Positions 1 to 7,390 of a stretch of DNA of 20,000 nucleotides are shown piece by piece. The notes under the pieces are model-generated. The model saw only the letters and a list, made by a program, of their open reading frames with translations. It made no database searches and had not been told where the DNA came from. The position numbers were made by a program, and so were the translations under genes. Source of the stretch: an uncultured virus (IMG/VR IMGVR_UViG_3300043395_001987) (taxonomy: Duplodnaviria > Heunggongvirae > Uroviricota > Caudoviricetes); the IMG/VR virus record IMGVR_UViG_3300043395_001987, positions 56,169 to 76,168 of that record; one strand, given 5' to 3'. Each line of letters opens with the position of its first letter. Within the stretch, counting starts at the first letter, position 1.

Positions 1-592
1 CTTCAATTATCTTACTGCCGTTTTGAATTACTTCTTCAATTGATCCATCGTGAACTGTAGTAACCATATCACCACCAACTGATATGTTCAAACTACCTCC
101 GACATTGATATCTAAATCCCCAACCGTTTCAATTGTAATTTTACCATCACCTTTCAATATCATATGACCTTTTGCAAACATAGTCATATCACCTTTTGGT
201 GCAACTATGCCAACACCCTTTGATCCGGAAGATATCATATGAATAGAACCATCAGCGTCAATCATAATAGTTGCACCTGAATGATGTTGCAATGTAATAG
301 TATCAGAACCAAATGTGTTATCAATTACAACTTTGTTTCCTGTAGCAGAAACAAATCCTTGAACATCAGTTGAATCACCAATGCCTCCCATAACACCTGC
401 ACCAGGTCCTGTATGAGTTATGGTATTATCAGAAGCAGAACCGGGTTTATCTTTTACTGATACTTCATAATAAGGTGCTGGATTACCAGATCCAATTATT
501 TGTGGTCCTTCATTTCTCCCTACGCCATCACTTTCAATATTGGTGACGGCTTTTACTAATTCAGGATCTGATGCAAATTTATCAATTGACAT
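1..592 (-). CDS. gp5 C-terminal-like baseplate spike (beta-helix) protein, 3' end runs off the window
   Basis: Hand-translated from ATG at 592-590, open to the window edge: MSIDKFASDPELVKAVTNIESDG...SATGNKVVIDNTFGSDTITLQHHSGATIMIDADGS...TVGDLDINVGGSLNISVGGDMVTTVHDG. It has the gp5C/VgrG-type 'SG...DxT.G.E.I...H.SG...IdpdG' segment followed by VxGxxxxx octapeptide repeats. Not in the ORF track. Confidence 0.8.
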   Translation of the reverse strand, partial: MSIDKFASDPELVKAVTNIESDGVGRNEGPQIIGSGNPAPYYEVSVKDKPGSASDNTITHTGPGAGVMGGIGDSTDVQGFVSATGNKVVIDNTFGSDTITLQHHSGATIMIDADGSIHMISSGSKGVGIVAPKGDMTMFAKGHMILKGDGKITIETVGDLDINVGGSLNISVGGDMVTTVHDGSIEEVIQNGSKIIE

Positions 593-594
593 TG

Positions 595-975
595 TTATCC
601 ACAATAATTGTTATACAAAGTGTTTAAATTATGTTCTAATTTATTATGATCTGCAGTAATTGTTGCATTATCAGTAAACATAGATAGATCTTTCATAATT
701 TTATATAGTGTAATTTTTTGCTGCTCAGTAAGATAATAATTAGAGTGTAAAACGTTTAATTTGCTATTGACGAATTTATTCAACCCACCAATAATACATA
801 CAGTTGCATTCTTTTCACTAGCTTGTGATCCCTGATAAACCGATCCATCTACATCAATTATAAATGTAAAGTTACTATAGTCATTTAAATTTACATTCTC
901 ACCTCTTGTAGTATTAGAAAAGGTGAAATTTAAATTTGTACTGTAGGATACTGCAGTTGGGGCAACTCTATTCAT
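595..975 (-). CDS. Degenerate N-acetylmuramoyl-L-alanine amidase (T7 lysozyme / Amidase_2 / PGRP fold)-like protein
   Basis: Motifs in the expected order: FIIDVDGSVYQG, NATVCIIGG, LTEQQKITLYKIMKDL, ITADHN, parallel to amidase YHFII.RDG.VE.GR / NSIGVCLVGG / FTPAQ..SL / AHH. The first Zn-ligand His motif (HCSAT) reads TFSNT. Confidence 0.5.
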   Translation of the reverse strand: MNRVAPTAVSYSTNLNFTFSNTTRGENVNLNDYSNFTFIIDVDGSVYQGSQASEKNATVCIIGGLNKFVNSKLNVLHSNYYLTEQQKITLYKIMKDLSMFTDNATITADHNKLEHNLNTLYNNYCG

Positions 976-1928
976 ACAAAATTACCTGTATAAGAAAATG
1001 ATGAGAGGGCAGCTCTTGCCTTTACAAGTTTTTTCTGGTAGAAAGGTGATTCTCTATCAACTGCCCATACTTTATTACTTATTTGTTTATAAGAGTCATC
1101 TCTTTCATAACAAATAATAGCTGCAGTAGCATCCTGAATAGTAGTTGCTACTAACAATTTTTTATATGCTTCTCTTTCAGAAACATGAAATTCATGCCAT
1201 ACATAATCTAATTGTTGTTCTAGAGGTGGCAAATTAGGAGGTTTCACAAGACCTGATATACCACAAAATTTAAGCATTGGAGTTGCTCTGTCATATTTGC
1301 CGGTTCTCCATTGTGCTATACCAATTGAAATTTCACCTTCATCATTTGGATTATATGCTTGTGGATTTATATTATCTGATGCGGATTCAATTTGAAAATT
1401 ACCTACTATGGCTGCACACATGAGTTTGATGTCACCCGAAGCTGAACCTTCTTTAGATATTTTTTCCCAGAAATAATTATAAACTTTTTGAGCATTACTT
1501 CCACCTGTTAATTGTGTTGTGGGTGTAGTATTGGTGTCAGTAGGAATATTATTTCCTGGACTACTCACTTCTCTAGAATCATTTCGGGTGCCGCTGCCAG
1601 CTGGTGAATTATTAATCGAACCAGGTCCACCATTTATTACACCCATAACAATAGGTTGTTGACTATCTTCTCCGTCAACAAACATCCCAAATACCCAAGT
1701 GCCAACCTTTAAGCCATGGCTCACATTACCACTTGATGTTTGTCCACCCGTTGTAGGATATAAAACCATCGCCCAAGGTAATATATCATTAGGTACTCTC
1801 AAAGTATCTTCTATGTGATGAATACCAAATATTCTTACACGCACACGAGATCTATCATCGGCAATGTCTTGAACAACACCAATGAACCATCTAAATCTAT
1901 CTCCGTAAAAATCGTCGTTTAATATCAT
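972..1928 (-). CDS. gp5: gp5 N-terminal OB-fold fused to a phage tail lysozyme (Phage_lysozyme2-type) domain
   Basis: N-terminus FRWFIGVVQDIADDRSRVRVRIFGIH...LPWA...GTWVFGMFVDGEDSQQPIVMG is the gp5 OB motif. C-terminus AAIVGNFQIES...NP.A.N...GIAQW...QLDYVWHE matches the tail lysozyme family. No beta-helix in this ORF. Confidence 0.85.
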   Translation of the reverse strand: MILNDDFYGDRFRWFIGVVQDIADDRSRVRVRIFGIHHIEDTLRVPNDILPWAMVLYPTTGGQTSSGNVSHGLKVGTWVFGMFVDGEDSQQPIVMGVINGGPGSINNSPAGSGTRNDSREVSSPGNNIPTDTNTTPTTQLTGGSNAQKVYNYFWEKISKEGSASGDIKLMCAAIVGNFQIESASDNINPQAYNPNDEGEISIGIAQWRTGKYDRATPMLKFCGISGLVKPPNLPPLEQQLDYVWHEFHVSEREAYKKLLVATTIQDATAAIICYERDDSYKQISNKVWAVDRESPFYQKKLVKARAALSSFSYTGNFV

Positions 1929-3331
1929 GCGTGACCGTATTTTACTACTGGTGAAGAGATTGAAGAATTATATTCAGACTCTTCTAATAACTGATTAAGA
2001 TAACCATCTTTGTAAATTCTAATTGATGTAGCAGCTTTATCCCCTGCTGAGAATACTGTTTTAATTTCAGAAATAATAAACATACCTGAAATATAAATGT
2101 CGGTTAAAACATTATTAAACCCATGCATTTCAGGAATGTCACAGTATATTATATCTCCTGCTTTTAAATTTATATTTGCTGGTACTGTAGCTGATAAATC
2201 AATTTGATTTAAAGCGTGATTATATTTTACAGTATTACCAAATTTCAATCTATAGCCAGGTTGTGTCTTTCCAATATCATCATTAAAATTATCATAATTA
2301 TTTACAATATATCTGATTCTATTTGTATATTCAGATTTTGCATTTTCATTTTTAACATAATCAATATATTTTTGAGTATTCAAAGGATATTTTTCAAGTG
2401 TGAAAGGTTTGTCTTTTGTTCCTGTATGTTCAGTAACTTTACTATTGTAGGCTTTTTGTAACATACTAATTTCAAATAGTTCGTTCTGATAATATCCACT
2501 AGCAATTTTTTCAATAGATGAAAATCTTTTATTATTAATTAAATTAGTAATAATTCTTAAATCTTGATCCGGATCACCAGTAGGTGAAGCATTATTTAAT
2601 TCAATATCTGAAATATAGACATATTTTTTCTGTCTTAAAGATTCTCTTTTCTTTAATGCTTCTTCAATTAATTTTTGAATAGTTATAAAATTAAACTTTT
2701 CAGTATCTTCGTAAAAAAGATAAGTAAAATGATTATCAGGATCAGCTGATACAGCATGTTTGGCTAACCATTTAATACCCTGAAATGGTCTCAAATTTGG
2801 AACTATAAGTGTTCTAACTTTACTTGATGTTTCTTTAACAAATGGTTTGCCAATATTATATAATGCTTTTGTATCTTCTGCAAGATATTCATCGAATAAT
2901 TTTTCAGCAGCGTCCTCTACTTTTTCATTATAACCATGTGAAACATATTTTCTAACATTTTGAAGATAGTACGGACTGATTAATTCAACAACATACATTA
3001 AAGATCTTGCTTTGTCACCTAATACGATATTTCTTACACCTTTAATAATAAATTTATATTCTTTTACTGTCTTAGCAGGACCTATAGCTGATGCAAGATT
3101 TGTGTTATATTCATAAGATATTGTAATTAATTCTTCACCAGTAAAAGGATAATTGACAAATAATCCTATCTGGTCATTTATAAGCATCTCTGCTTTAATT
3201 GATGATTCAAAAATAGATTGGTATACTGACACTTCCACAAATTGAGGAAGCAAACTCATTTTATCTGTTTTATTAAATTTTTCAATTGTTATAGCAACAA
3301 TTTTAATATCAAGTGGATTAAAATTAGCCAT
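1925..3331 (-). CDS. Baseplate hub protein (gp27-like)
   Basis: Lies between gp53 and gp5. Has YQSIF...D.IGL...P.TGEE near the N-terminus, YLFYED centrally and VPAN...AGD.I...SG.FII near the C-terminus. Start moved to ATG 3331 (MANFNP), which overlaps the gp53 stop by 8 nt. Confidence 0.65.
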   Translation of the reverse strand: MANFNPLDIKIVAITIEKFNKTDKMSLLPQFVEVSVYQSIFESSIKAEMLINDQIGLFVNYPFTGEELITISYEYNTNLASAIGPAKTVKEYKFIIKGVRNIVLGDKARSLMYVVELISPYYLQNVRKYVSHGYNEKVEDAAEKLFDEYLAEDTKALYNIGKPFVKETSSKVRTLIVPNLRPFQGIKWLAKHAVSADPDNHFTYLFYEDTEKFNFITIQKLIEEALKKRESLRQKKYVYISDIELNNASPTGDPDQDLRIITNLINNKRFSSIEKIASGYYQNELFEISMLQKAYNSKVTEHTGTKDKPFTLEKYPLNTQKYIDYVKNENAKSEYTNRIRYIVNNYDNFNDDIGKTQPGYRLKFGNTVKYNHALNQIDLSATVPANINLKAGDIIYCDIPEMHGFNNVLTDIYISGMFIISEIKTVFSAGDKAATSIRIYKDGYLNQLLEESEYNSSISSPVVKYGHA

Positions 3332-3884
3332 TAAATAGATCTTTAATTTGCTGTTTAAAATCACTTATATAATTTGGTCTTAACAATTTTATATCTCTCT
3401 TCAATTCATTTAATTCATATTCATATTCCCAGATTGATACAGGTTCCCATCCTGGAGGATTACCAAGTTTAGAATATGTTAATGGAGTCATTTTATAATT
3501 GTAAGAATTTATTGTTGCTTGATCGTCTGAATTTAAACCTTTATAGTAATAGTAAGCAATAGTATCAGATGATAATGTAGAATTTAATCTTGAGGCAGTA
3601 GTATTATATTTTGTTTCCATATAATCTTTAAATGAATTGTCATCCATCAACCAATCTTTATAAGGATCAACTATTTTATTCGTAAGATAAATGACCCAAT
3701 CAAGAGTTGGATCATTATATTCTTGATAGGCGATAGCATCTGCACGCTCATTACCTTTTATTGTATAAGAATAAAATTTATTATAATCATTTAAATATTG
3801 TGTTACGATTTCAGGTTCAACTAATATGTTGATACCTTGATTGCTATTATATTGGAGTCTAGGATAATAATCGAATATTGACAT
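3324..3884 (-). CDS. gp53: Baseplate wedge subunit gp53
   Basis: YTIKGNERADAIAYQEYNDPTLDWVIYLTNKIVDPYKDW (LysM-like) and C-terminal YEYELNELKRDIKLLRP. Confidence 0.9.
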   Translation of the reverse strand: MSIFDYYPRLQYNSNQGINILVEPEIVTQYLNDYNKFYSYTIKGNERADAIAYQEYNDPTLDWVIYLTNKIVDPYKDWLMDDNSFKDYMETKYNTTASRLNSTLSSDTIAYYYYKGLNSDDQATINSYNYKMTPLTYSKLGNPPGWEPVSIWEYEYELNELKRDIKLLRPNYISDFKQQIKDLFNG

Positions 3885-3886
3885 TT

Positions 3887-4681
3887 TTACGTATTATCTC
3901 TCTTGTAGTGAGAACCTGCGGTTGCCGTTGTTCCGTCAAAATTATCTCTTGTTTGAATATTGATTTCTTGGAATGACATAGCAATCTCAACTGATATAGG
4001 TTGTCCGTCTTTATAAAAAGCAGGAGTACCAGTACCAGCACCATTAATATCCAATCTAGTAATAAATGAATCGTTTACATTTGGCATTATTGAATAAGGA
4101 AGACCTATAAAATCAACTGTTGCAAGATAAGGATACTCCAATGCATATCCGCCAGGGATAATTTTTGGATGCATATATGTTTTTACATGGTCAATAATTC
4201 TGTTTAACGATCTTGCTTCATCAGAAGATTTAGGAGCCAGCTTCCACACAAACTGATAAGACTTAGGTCTTACACCTTCGAATATAGTTGTAAGATGTGG
4301 GTTGCGAACCTGACCACTTACGGATTGTGCATACTTACCTATAATAGTATCAGATATACCAGGAGCAATTGCTGCAGCTTGTAATGATATGTCTAAAATT
4401 TTACTTACTGACATATTGCCTGCTTTTGTTTGATTTTCATATTCTTGCAATTGTGTTTTACCCGCCGATAGTAAGTCAGTTGGTGAATTGCCAAATAATT
4501 CAAAAGCAGGATTACTCACGTCCATGTTAAATGAATCATGTAACCCTAAAGGTAAAGGTAAACGTATTGAAGAAGCCAGGGTTACAGTAGGTTGTGTTCC
4601 CGGTTTTCTTTCATATTTTCTTAAAGCCAGTCTAGTATAGAACTGGGGTTCTTGTAAAGGAAAAGCAAATATTTCAGCCAT
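3887..4681 (-). CDS. gp48: Baseplate tail-tube cap gp48
   Basis: NPHLTTIFEGVRPKSYQFVWKLAPKSSDEA and C-terminal FYKDGQPISVEIAMSFQEI; GGGAG RBS at 4690-4686. Confidence 0.85.
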   Translation of the reverse strand: MAEIFAFPLQEPQFYTRLALRKYERKPGTQPTVTLASSIRLPLPLGLHDSFNMDVSNPAFELFGNSPTDLLSAGKTQLQEYENQTKAGNMSVSKILDISLQAAAIAPGISDTIIGKYAQSVSGQVRNPHLTTIFEGVRPKSYQFVWKLAPKSSDEARSLNRIIDHVKTYMHPKIIPGGYALEYPYLATVDFIGLPYSIMPNVNDSFITRLDINGAGTGTPAFYKDGQPISVEIAMSFQEINIQTRDNFDGTTATAGSHYKRDNT

Positions 4682-4690
4682 TTTACTCCC

Positions 4691-4698
4691 TATAAATA
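4691..4698 (+). promoter_or_regulatory. T4-type late promoter TATAAATA for gp4-gp2-gp54-gp26
   Basis: Exact gp55 consensus 27 nt upstream of the gp4 ATG; gp33 coactivator is encoded in the window. Confidence 0.8.
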
Positions 4699-4705
4699 TT
4701 CTTAT

Positions 4706-4713
4706 TATTTATC
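4706..4713 (-). promoter_or_regulatory. Late promoter variant GATAAATA for the gp48-gp53-hub-gp5 operon
   Basis: NATAAATA on the minus strand 24 nt upstream of the gp48 ATG, interdigitated with the rightward promoter. Confidence 0.6.
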
Positions 4714-4725
4714 GGTATTTTTGAA

Positions 4726-5169
4726 ATGGCATATAAAGGTAAATTTAAACCTAAGTTCCCTGAAAAATATAGAGGGGATCCTACCAACATTATCTATAGA
4801 AGTCTTTGGGAGATGAGGTTCATGAGATATTTGGACCACCACCCAAGTGTTATGCAATGGGCTTCAGAAGAAGTTATTATTCCTTATATAAGTCCTATTG
4901 ATAAAAGAGTTCATAGATACTTTCCTGATTTTTGGGTAAAGATGAAGGCTGCAAATGGTGAAATAAATACTTTATTAATAGAAATTAAACCTTCTAAGCA
5001 AACTAAAATACCGATAAGACCTGAAAAATTAACTCGCAAATTTATTAACGAAGCCCGTACATATAGTGTCAATATAGCTAAGTGGAAAGCTGCACAAGAA
5101 TTTTGCGATGATAGAAAATGGCAATTTAAAGTACTTACAGAAAAAGAATTAGGATTAGATAAAATTTAA
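4726..5169 (+). CDS. gp4: Head completion protein gp4 (TnsA-like nuclease fold)
   Basis: MAYKGKFKPKFPEKYRGDPTNIIYRSLWE...WASEE...HRYFPDF...IEIKP...N.AKW.AA; typical gp4, adjacent to gp2. Confidence 0.92.
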   Translation: MAYKGKFKPKFPEKYRGDPTNIIYRSLWEMRFMRYLDHHPSVMQWASEEVIIPYISPIDKRVHRYFPDFWVKMKAANGEINTLLIEIKPSKQTKIPIRPEKLTRKFINEARTYSVNIAKWKAAQEFCDDRKWQFKVLTEKELGLDKI

Positions 5170-5774
5170 TGGGAATTTTTACTAACGTTCTTAAAGATGG
5201 TAGAACTTCTAGTTCATCTACTGGCATTTTAAGACCAGGGACAGTTGATGCTCGTGATTGGTTTAGAGATAAAGCCAGAGAAGTAAGATCAGTACAAGTG
5301 GATTCTATAATAAGAAAAAATCCTACTTACACAAGAACTACTATTAGACCTGGATTCATGTATCTTTTTAATTATGATCCAAAGATGAAAGATGAACTTC
5401 CTTACTATGATAGATTTCCTTTAGTGTTTCCTTTTGAGGCAACACCTGATGGGTTCTTGGGAATGAATATGCATTACATTCCTCATATCTACAGAGCAAG
5501 ATTGATGGATAATCTTTATGATCTAACCAATAATGAAAGATATGATGAAACAACCAAGCTCAGAGCATCGTATTCTATGCTTAATTCAGCCGCCCGCTAT
5601 AAATACTTTAAACCTTGTATTAAAAGATATCTATACTCTCATGTGAGAAGCAGATTTCTTTTGATACCAGCAAATGAATGGGATATAGCTTTATTTTTAC
5701 CACTTGAAAGATTTGCTAAATCAACAAAAAGTAAAGTATATAAAGATTCAAGGAATTATATAAATGGCCTTTAA
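5169..5774 (+). CDS. gp2: DNA end protector protein gp2
   Basis: YDPKMKDELPYYDRFPLVFP...GMNMHY...KPCIKRYL..HVRS. Confidence 0.92.
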   Translation: MGIFTNVLKDGRTSSSSTGILRPGTVDARDWFRDKAREVRSVQVDSIIRKNPTYTRTTIRPGFMYLFNYDPKMKDELPYYDRFPLVFPFEATPDGFLGMNMHYIPHIYRARLMDNLYDLTNNERYDETTKLRASYSMLNSAARYKYFKPCIKRYLYSHVRSRFLLIPANEWDIALFLPLERFAKSTKSKVYKDSRNYINGL

Positions 5775-6501
5775 TATTAGAGACATGATGGGGGCAATGA
5801 ATGCCTCCGGAGGTCTAACTAAAACTTCTAAATTTTTTGTTGAGGTTTATCCTCCAAGAAGTTTAGCTGTTAATCCTAATCTTTTCTTTTTGTGCGAGGC
5901 TGCAACATTACCAGGGGTATCATGGCAAACTGATGAAATAAGAATGTCTGGATATGGTAATCTAGAAAAACGTCCGTATACACCAATTTTTCAAGATGTC
6001 AATTTAACTTTTTATAATGATTCAAATAGTAAAGTGATGACATTCTTTCACAGATGGATGCAGACAATATTTAACTTTAATGCTTCTATCAATCCCAATT
6101 CAACAACTGCCGCAGGTCAACCCATTAATACCCTTAACTATCCTAATGAATATAGAGGTATTGTTGAAATAATTCATTATGATGATGCAGGCGAACAGGT
6201 AGTTAAATATACAATGCAAGATGCATATCCAATTGCAATTGGTGATATTAATGTTGACTGGAATCAATCAGATCAGCTTGTAAGAATACCTGTAACATTT
6301 GCATATACTTATTGGTCTTCAGAAACACTTGATCCAGGGTTAGCCTCTTATAAATCACAAGCTATTTTCAATGCTACTCAATCTACTGCCTCAAGAGTAG
6401 ATATGGAAAACAAAATTATTTGGGAACTTCTCAACTTTACATCACCAGCCATAGTACAAAATAAAGTAAACATTCTAGCTGGTGTTTTATCATTTTTATA
6501 A
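5764..6501 (+). CDS. gp54: Baseplate tail-tube initiator gp54 (gp19-fold)
   Basis: CEAATLPG...DVNLTFY...F.RW...AYPIAIGDINVDW...PVTFAY tube-fold motifs; position between gp2 and gp26. Confidence 0.7.
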   Translation: MAFNIRDMMGAMNASGGLTKTSKFFVEVYPPRSLAVNPNLFFLCEAATLPGVSWQTDEIRMSGYGNLEKRPYTPIFQDVNLTFYNDSNSKVMTFFHRWMQTIFNFNASINPNSTTAAGQPINTLNYPNEYRGIVEIIHYDDAGEQVVKYTMQDAYPIAIGDINVDWNQSDQLVRIPVTFAYTYWSSETLDPGLASYKSQAIFNATQSTASRVDMENKIIWELLNFTSPAIVQNKVNILAGVLSFL

Positions 6502-6518
6502 TATAAGGACTATTTGAA

Positions 6519-7217
6519 ATGGCACTACCTAAAATTAAACACCCAACATATAATGTTACTATACCTTCCAATAAACAGAAGGTTAACATTAGACCCTTTA
6601 CTGTTCAAGAAGAAAAACTTCTTCTTATGGCAAGACAGTCAGAAAATGCTGAAGATTCCATCAATACAATTAAACAAATAATTACCAATTGTGTAATTGA
6701 AAGTATTGATGTTGATAAATTAGCTACATTTGATATAGAATATTTGTTTGTCAAATTGAGAGCTAAATCAGTAGGTGAAATTGTTGAATTGGAATATAAA
6801 GATACTGAAACAAATGAATCAATAAAATTCAAAGTAAATCTTGATGATGTGGAAATTAAATACAATCCAAACCACACAAATAAATTCATTATAAGTGGTG
6901 AGGTTGGAGTATCTATGAGATATCCATCAATAAGCGAATTAAAACAAATAGAAAATGATATGATTGCAGATAAAACTATTACTGGAATCCTTAGTAAATG
7001 TATAGATAAAATTTTTGATAATGATAATGTCTATACAGATTACACAGATTCAGAATTAGAAGAATTTATCAACAGTTTACCTGTTGAAGCTATGACGAAA
7101 ATTAGAGAATTTTTTGAAACAATGCCTTCACTTGAATATACAACAAAGGTTAAAAATAAAGCTGGTAAAGAAATAGATGTTGAATTGCGAGGAATCAACA
7201 ATTTTTTTACGTATTGA
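6519..7217 (+). CDS. gp26: Baseplate hub subunit/assembly chaperone (gp26-like)
   Basis: MALPKI..P.Y...IPS...RPFTVQEEKLLLMA...FDIEYLFVKLRAKSVGE...MRYP...FFETMP...G..NFF. Confidence 0.88.
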   Translation: MALPKIKHPTYNVTIPSNKQKVNIRPFTVQEEKLLLMARQSENAEDSINTIKQIITNCVIESIDVDKLATFDIEYLFVKLRAKSVGEIVELEYKDTETNESIKFKVNLDDVEIKYNPNHTNKFIISGEVGVSMRYPSISELKQIENDMIADKTITGILSKCIDKIFDNDNVYTDYTDSELEEFINSLPVEAMTKIREFFETMPSLEYTTKVKNKAGKEIDVELRGINNFFTY

Positions 7218-7240
7218 CCGGATATTCTAATATCTCGGTC
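7202..7240 (+). promoter_or_regulatory. Candidate -1 programmed ribosomal frameshift signal
   Basis: In-frame slippery heptamer T TTT TTT (7202-7208), 7-nt spacer, hairpin GACCG-GATAT-tcta-ATATC-t-CGGTC (7216-7240). The -1 frame is the gp51-like ORF. Confidence 0.65.
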
Positions 7241-7390
7241 TATTACAATACGTTGTTTTCTTTAGTACATCACCATAAATATTCATTGACAGAGGTTTAT
7301 GATATGTATCCTTACGAAAGAGATCTATTTTTAGAATTGCTAATGATGCATATTAAGGACGTACAAGAAAGAAAGACACGTAATGGCTAA
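7214..7390 (+). CDS. gp51: gp51-like hub assembly catalyst (58 codons; TTG start or frameshift extension of gp26)
   Basis: Hand translation LTGYSNISVYYNTLFSLVHHHKYSLTEVYDMYPYERDLFLELLMMHIKDVQERKTRNG*. It matches the YY..NF.L..HHKYSL.E...M.P(W/Y)ER motif of small T4-like gp51 proteins. No ATG before the conserved motif. Confidence 0.8.
   Translation: MTGYSNISVYYNTLFSLVHHHKYSLTEVYDMYPYERDLFLELLMMHIKDVQERKTRNG

Noticed and set aside
4726..5169. TnsA-like transposase suggesting a Tn7-type element
   Set aside because: Sequence and gp2/gp48 context match T4 gp4; no other tns genes or transposon ends.
7274..7281. CATAAATA inside gp51 as a late promoter for the tape measure gene
   Set aside because: It encodes the conserved H-K-Y residues, so protein constraint explains it; cannot be supported without TSS data.
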